The notes beneath the pieces are model-generated. The model did no database searches, was not told the origin of the DNA, and saw nothing but the letters and a program-made list of their open reading frames with translations. Below, piece by piece: positions 42,948-51,508 of a stretch of 57,410 nucleotides of DNA. Position 1 is the stretch's first letter. Every line of letters begins with the position of its first letter. The DNA lies in NCBI GenBank assembly GCA_001717005.1, contig MAGS01000087.1, positions 15,453-72,862 of the forward strand, written 5' to 3'. The stretch is from Candidatus Methanomethylicus mesodigestus (GTDB lineage Archaea > Thermoproteota > Methanomethylicia > Methanomethylicales > Methanomethylicaceae). The position numbers and the translations under genes were made by a program.

Positions 42948-43273
42948 CACTTGTTCGCCCCCGTCGCGACGCTCTCGCCGACCCAATCGAGGTACCCCTG
43001 GTAGCCGCCCTCGACCCTGAGCGCAATGATCTCGGGCACCTCGTAGCTGTGGAGTTCCCTCACTCTGGCGGTCACCCTGCCGAGGAGCCGGTCCTCGGTC
43101 TTCGCGATCAGGAGCCACTCCCTCCCCTCCTCGACCTTGCCCTCCCACCTGTATACCGAGTCGATGCCGCCTGCGATATTCACGCACGCCGCCAGCCCCT
43201 CCTCGACGAGCGCCCTCGCTATCTTGAGCCCCTCATGCCTCGTTCCGACAGTTATAAGAATGACTATGTACAT
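42947..43273 (-). CDS. cutA: Divalent-cation tolerance protein CutA
   Basis: MYIVILITVGTRHEGLKIARALVEEGLAACVNI...YRWEGKVEE...HSYEVPEIIAL is the typical CutA1 pattern. Confidence 0.85.
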   Translation of the reverse strand: MYIVILITVGTRHEGLKIARALVEEGLAACVNIAGGIDSVYRWEGKVEEGREWLLIAKTEDRLLGRVTARVRELHSYEVPEIIALRVEGGYQGYLDWVGESVATGANK

Positions 43274-43345
43274 CGGACTTACACTGATCAACAATAGTCT
43301 TGATCTCGATATAAATCATAAATCATAAACAACCTGTCGCCTCTG

Positions 43346-44521
43346 GTGGAATTCGTGGACCAATGGGTATACCTCGCTGCCGGACTCCTGGCATTCTGGT
43401 CGGCCGTCATGCTCGCGAAGCAGTTCCTGCCGAAGAGCTTTGAAGTCCATCCCTTCCTCGTGATGTGGAAGACCACCAAGTTCAACGACTTCATCGACAG
43501 GCTGGGCCGGAAGCTGGGCCGGTTCTGGAAGATACTCTGGACCTTCGGGATTGCGCTGGGCTTCGGCGCAATGGCCTACATCACCTTCATACTGGGGAGA
43601 AACCTCTACTACATCTTCTTCAGCACCGAGTCCGCGTCACCGGTCTCCCTTATAATCCCGGGGATCACGCTCTCGCTCAACTTCAATACGCTCTTCTTCT
43701 TCGGCGTCTCGATCGCAATCATCCTTGTGACCCACGAGCTGGCACACGGCGTCGCAGCCAGGGCTGAGGGGGTCAAGGTCAAGAGCACCGGGCTCCTGCT
43801 CATGGTCCTTATACCCGGGGCATTTGTGGAGCCGGACGAGGAGGACCTCAACAAGGCGCGGAAGTCGACCCAGGCGAGGGTCTACGCCGCCGGATCGGCG
43901 ACGAACATACTCGTCGGCCTCCTTGCGCTGCTTCTTCTTACCAACGCCGGGGCGCTGATCTCGCCCATGTACTCTGCGACCCCCTCCGGCGTGCTCATCA
44001 CCGAGGTCGCCGCAGGCACTCCCGCCTACGGGATCCTCAACAACTGGGACGCGATCACCAGCATAAACGGCACTGCCCTGACGGACATAAACTCGCTGGC
44101 CACGGTCCTTAACGCCACGCTGCCGAACAGCACCGTCCCCATGGCTATCATAAGGGGCGGGGAGGAGATGACCATCAACTTCACGTTGGGCTCGACCTCG
44201 AAGAACATCTCCTACATTGGCATCAATACCTACAACTACTACGCCCCCCACTACGGCTGGGCCCCGGTAAGCATGCCATACTACGGCCTCGGCACCCTCT
44301 CGTGGCTCTACCTCTTCTCGCTGAACATAGGTCTGATCAACATGATGCCGGTAGCATTCTTCGACGGCGACAAGCTCGTCACCATCATGCTGCGGTTCCT
44401 CTTCAAGGATGAGAAGAAGGCACAGCCGTACGCCAACCTCATCCGGTGGGGCTGCGTGGCGCTGCTGGTCCTCAACATCACGATCAGCTTCGTGCTCTTC
44501 CCCGGCTACAAGCTCGGGTGA
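43346..44521 (+). CDS. Site-2 protease family (M50) membrane metalloprotease with PDZ domain
   Basis: HELAHG zinc motif in a TM helix, an internal PDZ-like segment, and the C-terminal motif NMMPVAFFDG. Confidence 0.85.
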   Translation: MEFVDQWVYLAAGLLAFWSAVMLAKQFLPKSFEVHPFLVMWKTTKFNDFIDRLGRKLGRFWKILWTFGIALGFGAMAYITFILGRNLYYIFFSTESASPVSLIIPGITLSLNFNTLFFFGVSIAIILVTHELAHGVAARAEGVKVKSTGLLLMVLIPGAFVEPDEEDLNKARKSTQARVYAAGSATNILVGLLALLLLTNAGALISPMYSATPSGVLITEVAAGTPAYGILNNWDAITSINGTALTDINSLATVLNATLPNSTVPMAIIRGGEEMTINFTLGSTSKNISYIGINTYNYYAPHYGWAPVSMPYYGLGTLSWLYLFSLNIGLINMMPVAFFDGDKLVTIMLRFLFKDEKKAQPYANLIRWGCVALLVLNITISFVLFPGYKLG

Positions 44522-44554
44522 GCCGTTAGGACAGATGCAAAAAGGGCGGTCCGC

Positions 44555-45517
44555 TTGCCATCTACCCTGTGCAAATGCGGCAAGGAGGCGTTCTACTTCC
44601 GGAGGCAGTCCGGCGAGGCGCTCTGCAGGAGATGCTTCGCCAGGAGCATCGAGCGGACCGTCCACAGGACCGTAAAGCGCGAGAAGCTCTTCACCCCAGA
44701 CGACCGGGTCATGATCGCCCTCTCCGGCGGCAAGGACAGCGTCGCCCTCGCCCACATCCTATCAAAGATCGAGAAGCCGTACCGCACCAAGCTCTTCGCG
44801 CTCACAATAGACGAGGGCGTGAGCGGCTACCGCGAGGAGGGGATCTCGATAACCCGGGGCGTGGCCGAGGCACTCGGGATGGAGCACCACATCGTCACGT
44901 TCAAGGAGGAGTACGGCCACAGCCTCGAGGAGGTCTATGCGCTGTCGAGGGAGCACGGCACCGGGCTCCTCGGCTGCACCTTCTGCGGCATAATGCGCAG
45001 GCGCCTGCTCAACGACATGGCGATAAGGCTGGGCGCAACCAAGGTCGCTACCGGGCACAACCTCGACGACGAGGCGCAGACCTTCCTCATCAACATCCTG
45101 CGGGGCGACGTCGCCCGGTTGGGCAGGGCGGGCGTCCAGCCCGTCAAGGTGAGGGAGGGCTTCGTGCCGCGCGTCAAGCCGCTGCGCTACATCCCCGAGA
45201 AGGAGATCGCCGCCTACGTCTACATGAAGGGCTATCCGCTCTACGAGCGGGAGTGCCCGTACGTCAGGGACTCTGTCCGGGACGAGGTAAGGGACATCCT
45301 CAACGGCATTGAGGAGCGCCACCCCGGGACGAAGCACGCGATCGTGAACGGCTCGGACAAGCTCATGGAAGCCCTCAAGCCCTCGACCGAGGCCGCCACA
45401 GTTGGCACCTGCAGCCGCTGCGGCTCCCCCTCCAGCAGGGGCGTCTGCCGCATGTGCGAGGTTCTCGACATGCTCGGGCTAGGCTCTAATACTTTTATAA
45501 ACCACCTCGCCGAATGA
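44555..45517 (+). CDS. tRNA 2-thiolation PP-loop ATPase (TtuA/NcsA/Ncs6 family)
   Basis: N-terminal CKCG...CRRC zinc finger, SGGKDS PP-loop, GHNLDDEAQT, and C-terminal CSRCG...CRMC. Confidence 0.85.
   Translation: MPSTLCKCGKEAFYFRRQSGEALCRRCFARSIERTVHRTVKREKLFTPDDRVMIALSGGKDSVALAHILSKIEKPYRTKLFALTIDEGVSGYREEGISITRGVAEALGMEHHIVTFKEEYGHSLEEVYALSREHGTGLLGCTFCGIMRRRLLNDMAIRLGATKVATGHNLDDEAQTFLINILRGDVARLGRAGVQPVKVREGFVPRVKPLRYIPEKEIAAYVYMKGYPLYERECPYVRDSVRDEVRDILNGIEERHPGTKHAIVNGSDKLMEALKPSTEAATVGTCSRCGSPSSRGVCRMCEVLDMLGLGSNTFINHLAE
45491..45502 (+). promoter_or_regulatory. TATA box for the SRP RNA gene, embedded in the 3' end of the TtuA-like CDS
   Basis: acttttataaac lies ~25-30 nt upstream of the predicted SRP RNA 5' end. 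Confidence 0.5.
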
Positions 45518-45524
45518 TTTTAAC

Positions 45525-45844
45525 GGTGCGGCAGGTAGGGCCGGAGGGTTCGGCCTCCTCTCCACTACAAACGGTCGTTAAGGTAGGGCCAGCAACTCTG
45601 GGAGGCGGCGGAACCAGCCACGGTTCCTAGGGCTGCAGGCGTGGAAGTCTCGCCCTGTGGGGGCGTTGGAACGGGTTCAGCCCATCCGGAGGGATGGTCT
45701 TCCCGCGAGCCAGGCGAATCGGGTCAGATCCGGAAGGGAGCAGCCCTAAGTCTGGACAGTGCCGTTCGCAGGATAACGGGATGGATGCCTGCTCTCCCAA
45801 AGGGCCGCGGCATGGGCCGCTCACTTCTGGGGAGCTGTCGCACC
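45525..45844 (+). ncRNA. ffs: Signal recognition particle RNA (archaeal 7S RNA)
   Basis: Helix-8 signature gtcagatccggaagggagcagccc at 45724-45747. The 5' ggtgcggcag pairs with the 3' ctgtcgcacc. About 320 nt, followed by a T6 tract at 45863-45868. Confidence 0.85.
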
Positions 45845-45936
45845 ATTCAACAAGTTCACGGCTTTTTTGGCAGACGGGGCAGCGCCGCCCTGAGCCAAAA
45901 TATATAATAAACTAGCTCCAATCACTCTTTGCTGGA

Positions 45937-46025
45937 GCCCGGGTTGCCTAGCCTGGTAGGGCGATGGCTTGCTAAGCCATTGTCTGGCAACAGACTCGTG
46001 GGTTCAAATCCCACCCCGGGCGCCA
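45937..46025 (+). tRNA. tRNA-Ser (anticodon GCU), class II with long variable arm, CCA encoded
   Basis: Acceptor gcccggg/cccgggc. Anticodon stem atggc/gccat with loop ttGCTaa. Variable arm gtctg-gcaa-cagac. T arm gtggg-ttcaaat-cccac. TATA aaatatataataaa lies ~30 nt upstream. Confidence 0.95.
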
Positions 46026-46054
46026 CTCTTCTCTATCCGGTGCCGCTTGGGCCA

Positions 46055-46435
46055 TCATTTTATGATCTCTTTCGAGCCGGAGCCGCAATAGGGGCACTTT
46101 TCATAATCCTTCGCGAAGGTCTTCCCGCACTGGAGGCACTTCATGAGCCCTTTGTCTAGAGGTACTGTATACGTTATTGTCATACCATTCGGCTGCTCGC
46201 TCTCGACGCGCTTCTTCGTAATGATCGAATATCCCTTCACTCCGGTGAATCCCATATCCAAAAGAACCGTTGCCTTTACCAAGCCGCTGTTAGGCACTAT
46301 CGCAATTACTTCCTCTCGCGTCGTGTCGATGCTGTCAAGGAACCTCGCGAAGTCCTGCAACTCCCCCACAAAGTCACTGATGCTGAAGTAATACACCTTC
46401 CATGCCTTCCCTTCATAACAAACATCGAGTGGCAT
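46055..46435 (-). CDS. Hypothetical protein with C-terminal zinc ribbon (tandem paralog 1)
   Basis: 126 aa. C-terminus CLQCGKTFAKDYEKCPYCGSGSK. Paralog of 46547-46927. Confidence 0.6.
   Translation of the reverse strand: MPLDVCYEGKAWKVYYFSISDFVGELQDFARFLDSIDTTREEVIAIVPNSGLVKATVLLDMGFTGVKGYSIITKKRVESEQPNGMTITYTVPLDKGLMKCLQCGKTFAKDYEKCPYCGSGSKEIIK
46074..46150. repeat. 77-nt block identical to 46566-46642 (direct repeat, period 492 nt) inside the tandem paralogs
   Basis: gagccggagccgcaataggggcacttttcataatccttcgcgaaggtcttcccgcactggaggcacttcatgagccc is read at both positions. A second identical 42-nt block lies at 46188-46229 and 46680-46721. Confidence 0.9.
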
Positions 46436-46546
46436 AACTATCCCCCGCTTCTACTCTGGAAAAAAGCATTATTAAATCGTTACCCGATCGCTATGGCTGC
46501 CCAAACCGCGTTTTTGATCACTAACAGAGATTGCCGCCTTCCAGCG

Positions 46547-46927
46547 TTACTCCAATAGCTTCTTTGAGCCGGAGCCGCAATAGGGGCACTTTTCATAATC
46601 CTTCGCGAAGGTCTTCCCGCACTGGAGGCACTTCATGAGCCCCCTGTCATACAGGTCCCCATATGTTGCCGTCACAATGTTCGGCTGCTCGCTCTCGACG
46701 CGCTTCTTCGTAATGATCGAACAACCCTTCACTCCGGTGAAGTCGGACTCCATAAGGATCTGTGCTTTGACAAGGCCGATGTCTGGTATGATTGAGACCA
46801 CCTCCTCCTTCGCCTTATCCATGCTGTCGAGAAATCTTACCAGCTCCTTCAGGTCCCTCTCAAGGTTGAGAATGTTAAAATAATACGCCTTCCACGCCTT
46901 GCCCTCATAGCAAACATTCAATGGCAT
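46547..46927 (-). CDS. Hypothetical protein with C-terminal zinc ribbon (tandem paralog 2)
   Basis: 126 aa. The C-terminal half is nearly identical at nucleotide level to paralog 1; the N-terminal half has diverged. Confidence 0.6.
   Translation of the reverse strand: MPLNVCYEGKAWKAYYFNILNLERDLKELVRFLDSMDKAKEEVVSIIPDIGLVKAQILMESDFTGVKGCSIITKKRVESEQPNIVTATYGDLYDRGLMKCLQCGKTFAKDYEKCPYCGSGSKKLLE
46566..46642. repeat. Second copy of the 77-nt identical block
   Basis: See 46074-46150. Confidence 0.9.
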
Positions 46928-47078
46928 GCCATAACATCTCTTAATTTAAGATAAGGTAAAATGAATGCTTAAAACTATCTCACAGGAAACGTGCGCATGC
47001 CTTCATATCATGCCGTCTATGGGGCCAATAAACTGATAAAAAGGAGGTCGGGGCGCATCGTCGTCCGGGCCGGGCCGC

Positions 47079-47459
47079 TTACTGCCTCTGCCTGAACGCC
47101 AGCCCGTCCGCCACTGCCACAAGCTTCCCCTCGCCGTTCGTGACCTTGATCCTGCATAACGCCGTCGTCTTCCCTGCGCTCTCCTCGCTGCCCTCAGCGG
47201 TCAGCACCTCCCCCTTCTGTGCCGGCCTCCTGTAGTTTATGTTCATGGCCAGAGCGACCGATTTTACCCCTCCCGAGTTGCACGTGACTGCGAACGCCAC
47301 ATCGGTCAGCGCGTAGATCACCGCGCCGTGGGTGGCGCCGTAGGCGTTGAGCATGTCCCTCCTTACCTTCATGCTCACCCTGCACGACCCGGGCCTGGAC
47401 TCGACCAGCTCCATGCCGTACTTCTGCGCCATCATGTCGTTCTTCACCAATTCCTTCAT
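47079..47459 (-). CDS. PaaI-family hotdog-fold thioesterase
   Basis: NAYGATHGGAV-like block (NAYGATHGAVIYALTDVAF) and a ~125-aa hotdog pattern. Start taken at MKELV. Confidence 0.8.
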   Translation of the reverse strand: MKELVKNDMMAQKYGMELVESRPGSCRVSMKVRRDMLNAYGATHGAVIYALTDVAFAVTCNSGGVKSVALAMNINYRRPAQKGEVLTAEGSEESAGKTTALCRIKVTNGEGKLVAVADGLAFRQRQ

Positions 47460-47616
47460 GTCGGTATATGGCTCTTCACGGTACAAAAAAATCCCCACCC
47501 ATCAATAGCACCTCTTAATATTTAGGGATGCGCCTGCCGAGAACCCCCACAGGCTTCAGCCGTGGGACGAAAGGAGGTTTGGTCAAGGCCGATTGCCCAT
47601 TGCCCGCCGCCGGCCG

Positions 47617-48195
47617 TCACTTGAGCGCCCTGACCTCGCCGTGCCTGAAGCAGCGCACAAGGTGGTCGTTGATCATGCCCACCGCCTGCATGTACGCGTA
47701 GCAGCTCGTCGGCCCTATGAATGTGAACCCGCGCCCCTTCATGTCCGCGCTCATCGCCTTCGACTCCTTGGACTCGGTCTGCATCTCCGAGAACTCCTTC
47801 AGGTCGTGCTGTATCGTCTTGCCGCCGACGAATCCCCATGCGTACCTGTCAAACGAGCCGAACTCCTTCTGCACCTCGAGGAACCTCTTCGCGTTGTTTA
47901 TGGCGGACTCTACCTTCCTGCGGTTCCTGATTATCCCCTCGGCGCCCATTATGCGCTCGATGTCCTTCTCGTTGTACCTCGCCACCCTCTTGGGGTCGAA
48001 GCCCTCGAATGCCCTCCTGAACGCCTCCCGCTTCTTCAGTATCGTCCCCCAGCTCAATCCGGCCTGGAAGCCCTCGAGCACTATGTGCTCGAACAGCAGC
48101 CCGTCGTCGTGAGACGGGGTGCCCCATTCCGTGTCGTGATACTCGCGGCCCAGCGGGTCCTTGTTCCCCCAGCACCTTACCTTGTCGGACGACAT
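47617..48195 (-). CDS. tag: DNA-3-methyladenine glycosylase I
   Basis: YHDTEWGTP, LEGFQAGLSW, RNRRK and the C-terminal zinc-site context CYAYMQAVGMINDH. Start taken at MSSDKVRCWG. Confidence 0.9.
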   Translation of the reverse strand: MSSDKVRCWGNKDPLGREYHDTEWGTPSHDDGLLFEHIVLEGFQAGLSWGTILKKREAFRRAFEGFDPKRVARYNEKDIERIMGAEGIIRNRRKVESAINNAKRFLEVQKEFGSFDRYAWGFVGGKTIQHDLKEFSEMQTESKESKAMSADMKGRGFTFIGPTSCYAYMQAVGMINDHLVRCFRHGEVRALK

Positions 48196-48306
48196 GCTTT
48201 CACATATCCCCAATAAGCGATTTAGACTTTTTCTTAGCGCCGACAGCAGGTGTGCCGGCCCAGAGCGATACTTATAATAAACGGCTTGATGATTCATCTT
48301 TCACGC

Positions 48307-48384
48307 GGGGCTGTAGGCTAGCTTGGTCCAGACTGCGAGGCTTGGGCCCTCGTGACCCCGGTCCGAATCCGGGCAGCCCCACCA
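48307..48384 (+). tRNA. tRNA-Pro (anticodon UGG), CCA encoded; atypical T loop and weak D stem
   Basis: Acceptor ggggctg/cagcccc. Anticodon stem cgagg/cctcg with loop ctTGGgc. T arm cccgg-tccgaat-ccggg. TATA cttataataaa lies ~30 nt upstream. Confidence 0.8.
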
Positions 48385-48510
48385 CTTCTTGCCGGTTTTG
48401 CTCAACTCCCCCAATAACTGGCGCTAGAATGCCTCCGGCGCTCAACGCAAACTGCGCGTGCAGACTGGTTGACTTGATGCCTGGCAAACGGAAAAAAGGC
48501 GCGCGGGCAT

Positions 48511-48942
48511 TCAGAGGAAGGCCTGGAGCTTCTTGCTCCTCTCCTCCCTCTCCTTGCCCATCTTGATCAGGACGTTCTTCGTGTTCCCAAGGAAGCCGAG
48601 CTTCACAGCCGCATCGGCATAGAACTTCGCGGCAGCATTCTCTATCGCCACGGCGTTCTTCACCCCCTCCTTGAGGTCGCCGCCAGCTTCATACTCGCAC
48701 TCGTAGTTCACCGTGTCGAGCCCGGTTATCGCCTCGAGGATCATTTCCTGCATCTCCATCCTCCTGATCCTCTCCAGCGTCTGCTTGCTCTTCTTCGATG
48801 CGCCGGACATCCCGCTGAGCAGTGCCTTCGACTCGCCGTCGGCCTTCTCGGAGAGCTTGGCATAAAAATTGGTGGCGGCGTCCTCAGCATCTATGGCATA
48901 CTTGAGGATCGCGCCGAAGGTACCGAGCTCCACTACAGCCAC
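48511..48942 (-). CDS. Hypothetical ferritin-like/rubrerythrin-like four-helix protein lacking obvious metal ligands
   Basis: Contains two internal repeats, A-I-D-A-E-D-A-A-T-N-F-Y and A-I-E-N-A-A-A-K-F-Y. Overlaps the ALDH 3' end by 10 nt. Confidence 0.45.
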   Translation of the reverse strand: MAVVELGTFGAILKYAIDAEDAATNFYAKLSEKADGESKALLSGMSGASKKSKQTLERIRRMEMQEMILEAITGLDTVNYECEYEAGGDLKEGVKNAVAIENAAAKFYADAAVKLGFLGNTKNVLIKMGKEREERSKKLQAFL

Positions 48943-50402
48943 CTTGTGATTATTGTCTTGCTCTGCGTGTAGAAGTTGATTATGTCCGACGCCTGGGCGT
49001 GGAGGTCGCCATACATCGAGTCCTTCCAGCCAGAGAACGGGAAGAAGAAGACCGGCGCCGGGACACCGATGTTGATGCCGACGTTGCCCGCCTCTATCTT
49101 GTATGTAAACTCCCTTGCGCTCTTGCCGCTGCCCGTGAATATCGCGCCGGCGTTGCCGAACTGCGAGGTGTTAGCCAGGGCTATCGCCTCGTCGAGCGTC
49201 TTCGCCTTCATCAGGCACACGACTGGGCCGAAGATCTCCTCCTTGAAGATCCTCATGCTCGGCTTGACGTTCTCGAAGACGGTCGGGCCGACGAAGTATC
49301 CGTTGGGGTACTTCTCGGGCTTCTTGTTCCTGCCGTCGAGCGCCAGCGTCGCGCCCTCCTTGAGGCCGATCTCGATGTAATTCATGACCTGGTCATACAT
49401 GCCCTTGTTCGAGAGCGGGCCCATCTGCGCATCCGCGTCCAGCCCGTAGCCCATCTTGAGGTTCTTCACCCCCTCGATGTACCTCTTCTTCAGCTCGTCG
49501 TAGACGTCGCCGACCGCCACGAAGATCTCGCCCGCAAGGCACCTCTGCCCTGCGCAGCCGCACGCCGACGTAATCAGCGCCGAGACCGTCGCGTTGAGGT
49601 TCGCGTCCGGCATTATGACTATGAAGTTCTTGGCCTGCCCCTGGCACGATGCCCTCTTGTTGTTCTGGGCCGCCTTCGTGTATACCGACGATGCAACCTC
49701 GGATGACCCGACGAACGAGACCGCCTTCACGTCCTTGCTGAACAGGAGCGCGTCCGTCGCCTCCCTGCCGCCGTAGATCAGGTTGACGACGCCCTGCGGG
49801 ATGCCGGCCTCCTCGCACGCCTCGACTATCGCCTTGGCGGTCAGCGGGACCGAGCTCGCCGGCTTGAGTATGAACGTGTTGCCGCATGCTATCGCGTTGG
49901 GCAGGAACCAGAGCGGTATCATCGCGGGGAAGTTGTACGGTGACAGCCCCGCGCAGACGCCCAGCGGCTCCCTCACGAAGGCCTCGTCGATGCCCTTTGC
50001 GACGTCCTCCTCCATCTCGCCCATCATGTGGGTGGTCACGTTGGTTGAGAACTCGATGGCCTCGATGCCCCTCTTGACATCGCCCCTCGCCTCATCCAGG
50101 GTCTTGCCATGCTCCTTCACTACAGTCTGCGATATCTCCTCGAAATGCTCGACCATGATGTTCCTGAACTCGAACATGTAGCTTGCCCGCACCGCCGGTG
50201 GGGTGCAGCGCCACTCCCAGAATGCATCCTTGGCAGCCTTGATAGCCACCTCGACCTCGGCCTTCGTCGTCCTTGGAACCTTGGCCAGTAGCTCAAGGGT
50301 TGCTGGGTTGATGACCTCCTGCAGCTGGGTGCTGCTGGACTCAACCCACTCGCCATTGATGTAGTTTTTCAGAACGTCAACCATGTTTTTGATTTCCTCC
50401 AT
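48933..50402 (-). CDS. Aldehyde dehydrogenase, methylmalonate-semialdehyde dehydrogenase (MmsA/IolA) type
   Basis: YNFPAMIPLW, ILKPAS, catalytic Cys context GCAGQRCLAG, and EEIFGPV. 489 aa. Ends in TAG. Confidence 0.85.
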   Translation of the reverse strand: MEEIKNMVDVLKNYINGEWVESSSTQLQEVINPATLELLAKVPRTTKAEVEVAIKAAKDAFWEWRCTPPAVRASYMFEFRNIMVEHFEEISQTVVKEHGKTLDEARGDVKRGIEAIEFSTNVTTHMMGEMEEDVAKGIDEAFVREPLGVCAGLSPYNFPAMIPLWFLPNAIACGNTFILKPASSVPLTAKAIVEACEEAGIPQGVVNLIYGGREATDALLFSKDVKAVSFVGSSEVASSVYTKAAQNNKRASCQGQAKNFIVIMPDANLNATVSALITSACGCAGQRCLAGEIFVAVGDVYDELKKRYIEGVKNLKMGYGLDADAQMGPLSNKGMYDQVMNYIEIGLKEGATLALDGRNKKPEKYPNGYFVGPTVFENVKPSMRIFKEEIFGPVVCLMKAKTLDEAIALANTSQFGNAGAIFTGSGKSAREFTYKIEAGNVGINIGVPAPVFFFPFSGWKDSMYGDLHAQASDIINFYTQSKTIITRWL

Positions 50403-50588
50403 GATTATAAGATGCAGTGTCTGCCTGACGTAGTAGGTTTATGTGACATTTTTCCCATCTTATTTAAACTTTCGTCATATTGTCATCAATTTATAATTCT
50501 AAAGGGCACCAATCGCCAATCCGTATTACAGATCGAGCATTTTTTTAAGGGCTCTTGAATAGTGTACCTGTGATTACCCGTGAAGGCA

Positions 50589-51002
50589 ATGCGCGCAGAC
50601 AATTACCTCATCGTGCGCCTCGACCAGGGCGACGAGGTCATCTCCTCGCTCACGGAGGCGGTCAAAGCCGAGGGCATCCGCTCGGCCGCCGTCCTCTCCT
50701 TTGTGGGCGCCCTTAAGGGCTGCCGGCTCATACTCCGGAAGGGGCTCGAGAAGGATATCGACCCCCACGTCGAGGCGGTAGGGAACGGCAACATCTCCTA
50801 CTTCAGGGGGTCCCCGATGGTCCACCTCCACGTCTCGGTCGGCAGCGACGCCGGCACATGGGTCGGGCACCTGCTGAGGGGGGTCACCGACGTCTTCTGC
50901 GAGGCCGTGATTGCCGCCCTGCCTGCGGCGCTGGTCCGCAGCTACAGCGAGGAGCTTGCGGCGTCCGGCGTGACGGTGCCGTACGTTCTGGACCTGGAGT
51001 GA
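50589..51002 (+). CDS. PPC/DUF296 domain protein
   Basis: About 137 aa. YLIVRLDQGDEVISSLTEAVKAEGIRSA...GNGNIS...HLHVSV is the DUF296 pattern. Confidence 0.65.
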   Translation: MRADNYLIVRLDQGDEVISSLTEAVKAEGIRSAAVLSFVGALKGCRLILRKGLEKDIDPHVEAVGNGNISYFRGSPMVHLHVSVGSDAGTWVGHLLRGVTDVFCEAVIAALPAALVRSYSEELAASGVTVPYVLDLE

Positions 51003-51012
51003 GGTGGCCGCA

Positions 51013-51465
51013 ATGCCCGCATACTCCGACAGCGACATCATGGCCGCCATGGCGTCCGGCGAGATCTCGATCTCCCCCTTCGCCGAGTCCTCCCTCTCCG
51101 CATCCGGCTACGACCTGAGGTCCGCCGCCGTGGCGACGATCCAGCCTGGCGGGAGCGCCCTCATCCACACCCTCGAGCGGGTCGAGCTGCCCCCGTCGGT
51201 CTGCGCCCAGATGTTCATAAGGTCCTCCTTCGCCCGGGAGGGCCTCGTCGGCAGCTTCGCGCTCGTCGACCCCGGATTCAGGGGCCAGCTGACCCTGCGC
51301 ATCGCCAACCTGGGCGCCGCCCCCGTCAGGATAGGTGAGGGAGAGCGGGTCGCCCAGCTGGTCTTCCACCGGCTCGTGAGCCCATCGAGGCGGCCTTATG
51401 CAGGCAGGTACCAGGACAGCTCGGGGACCGTCGGCAGCCGCCGCGATTTTGCATCAGGCGTGTAA
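51013..51465 (+). CDS. dCTP deaminase/dUTPase-family protein (size suggests archaeal dUTP diphosphatase)
   Basis: SASGYDLR, VDPGFRGQLTLRIAN, AQLVFHRL. About 150 aa. Confidence 0.7.
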   Translation: MPAYSDSDIMAAMASGEISISPFAESSLSASGYDLRSAAVATIQPGGSALIHTLERVELPPSVCAQMFIRSSFAREGLVGSFALVDPGFRGQLTLRIANLGAAPVRIGEGERVAQLVFHRLVSPSRRPYAGRYQDSSGTVGSRRDFASGV

Positions 51466-51508
51466 AAAAATAAATACGCCGTTCTACTAAACTGATATAG
51501 ATATTGGA

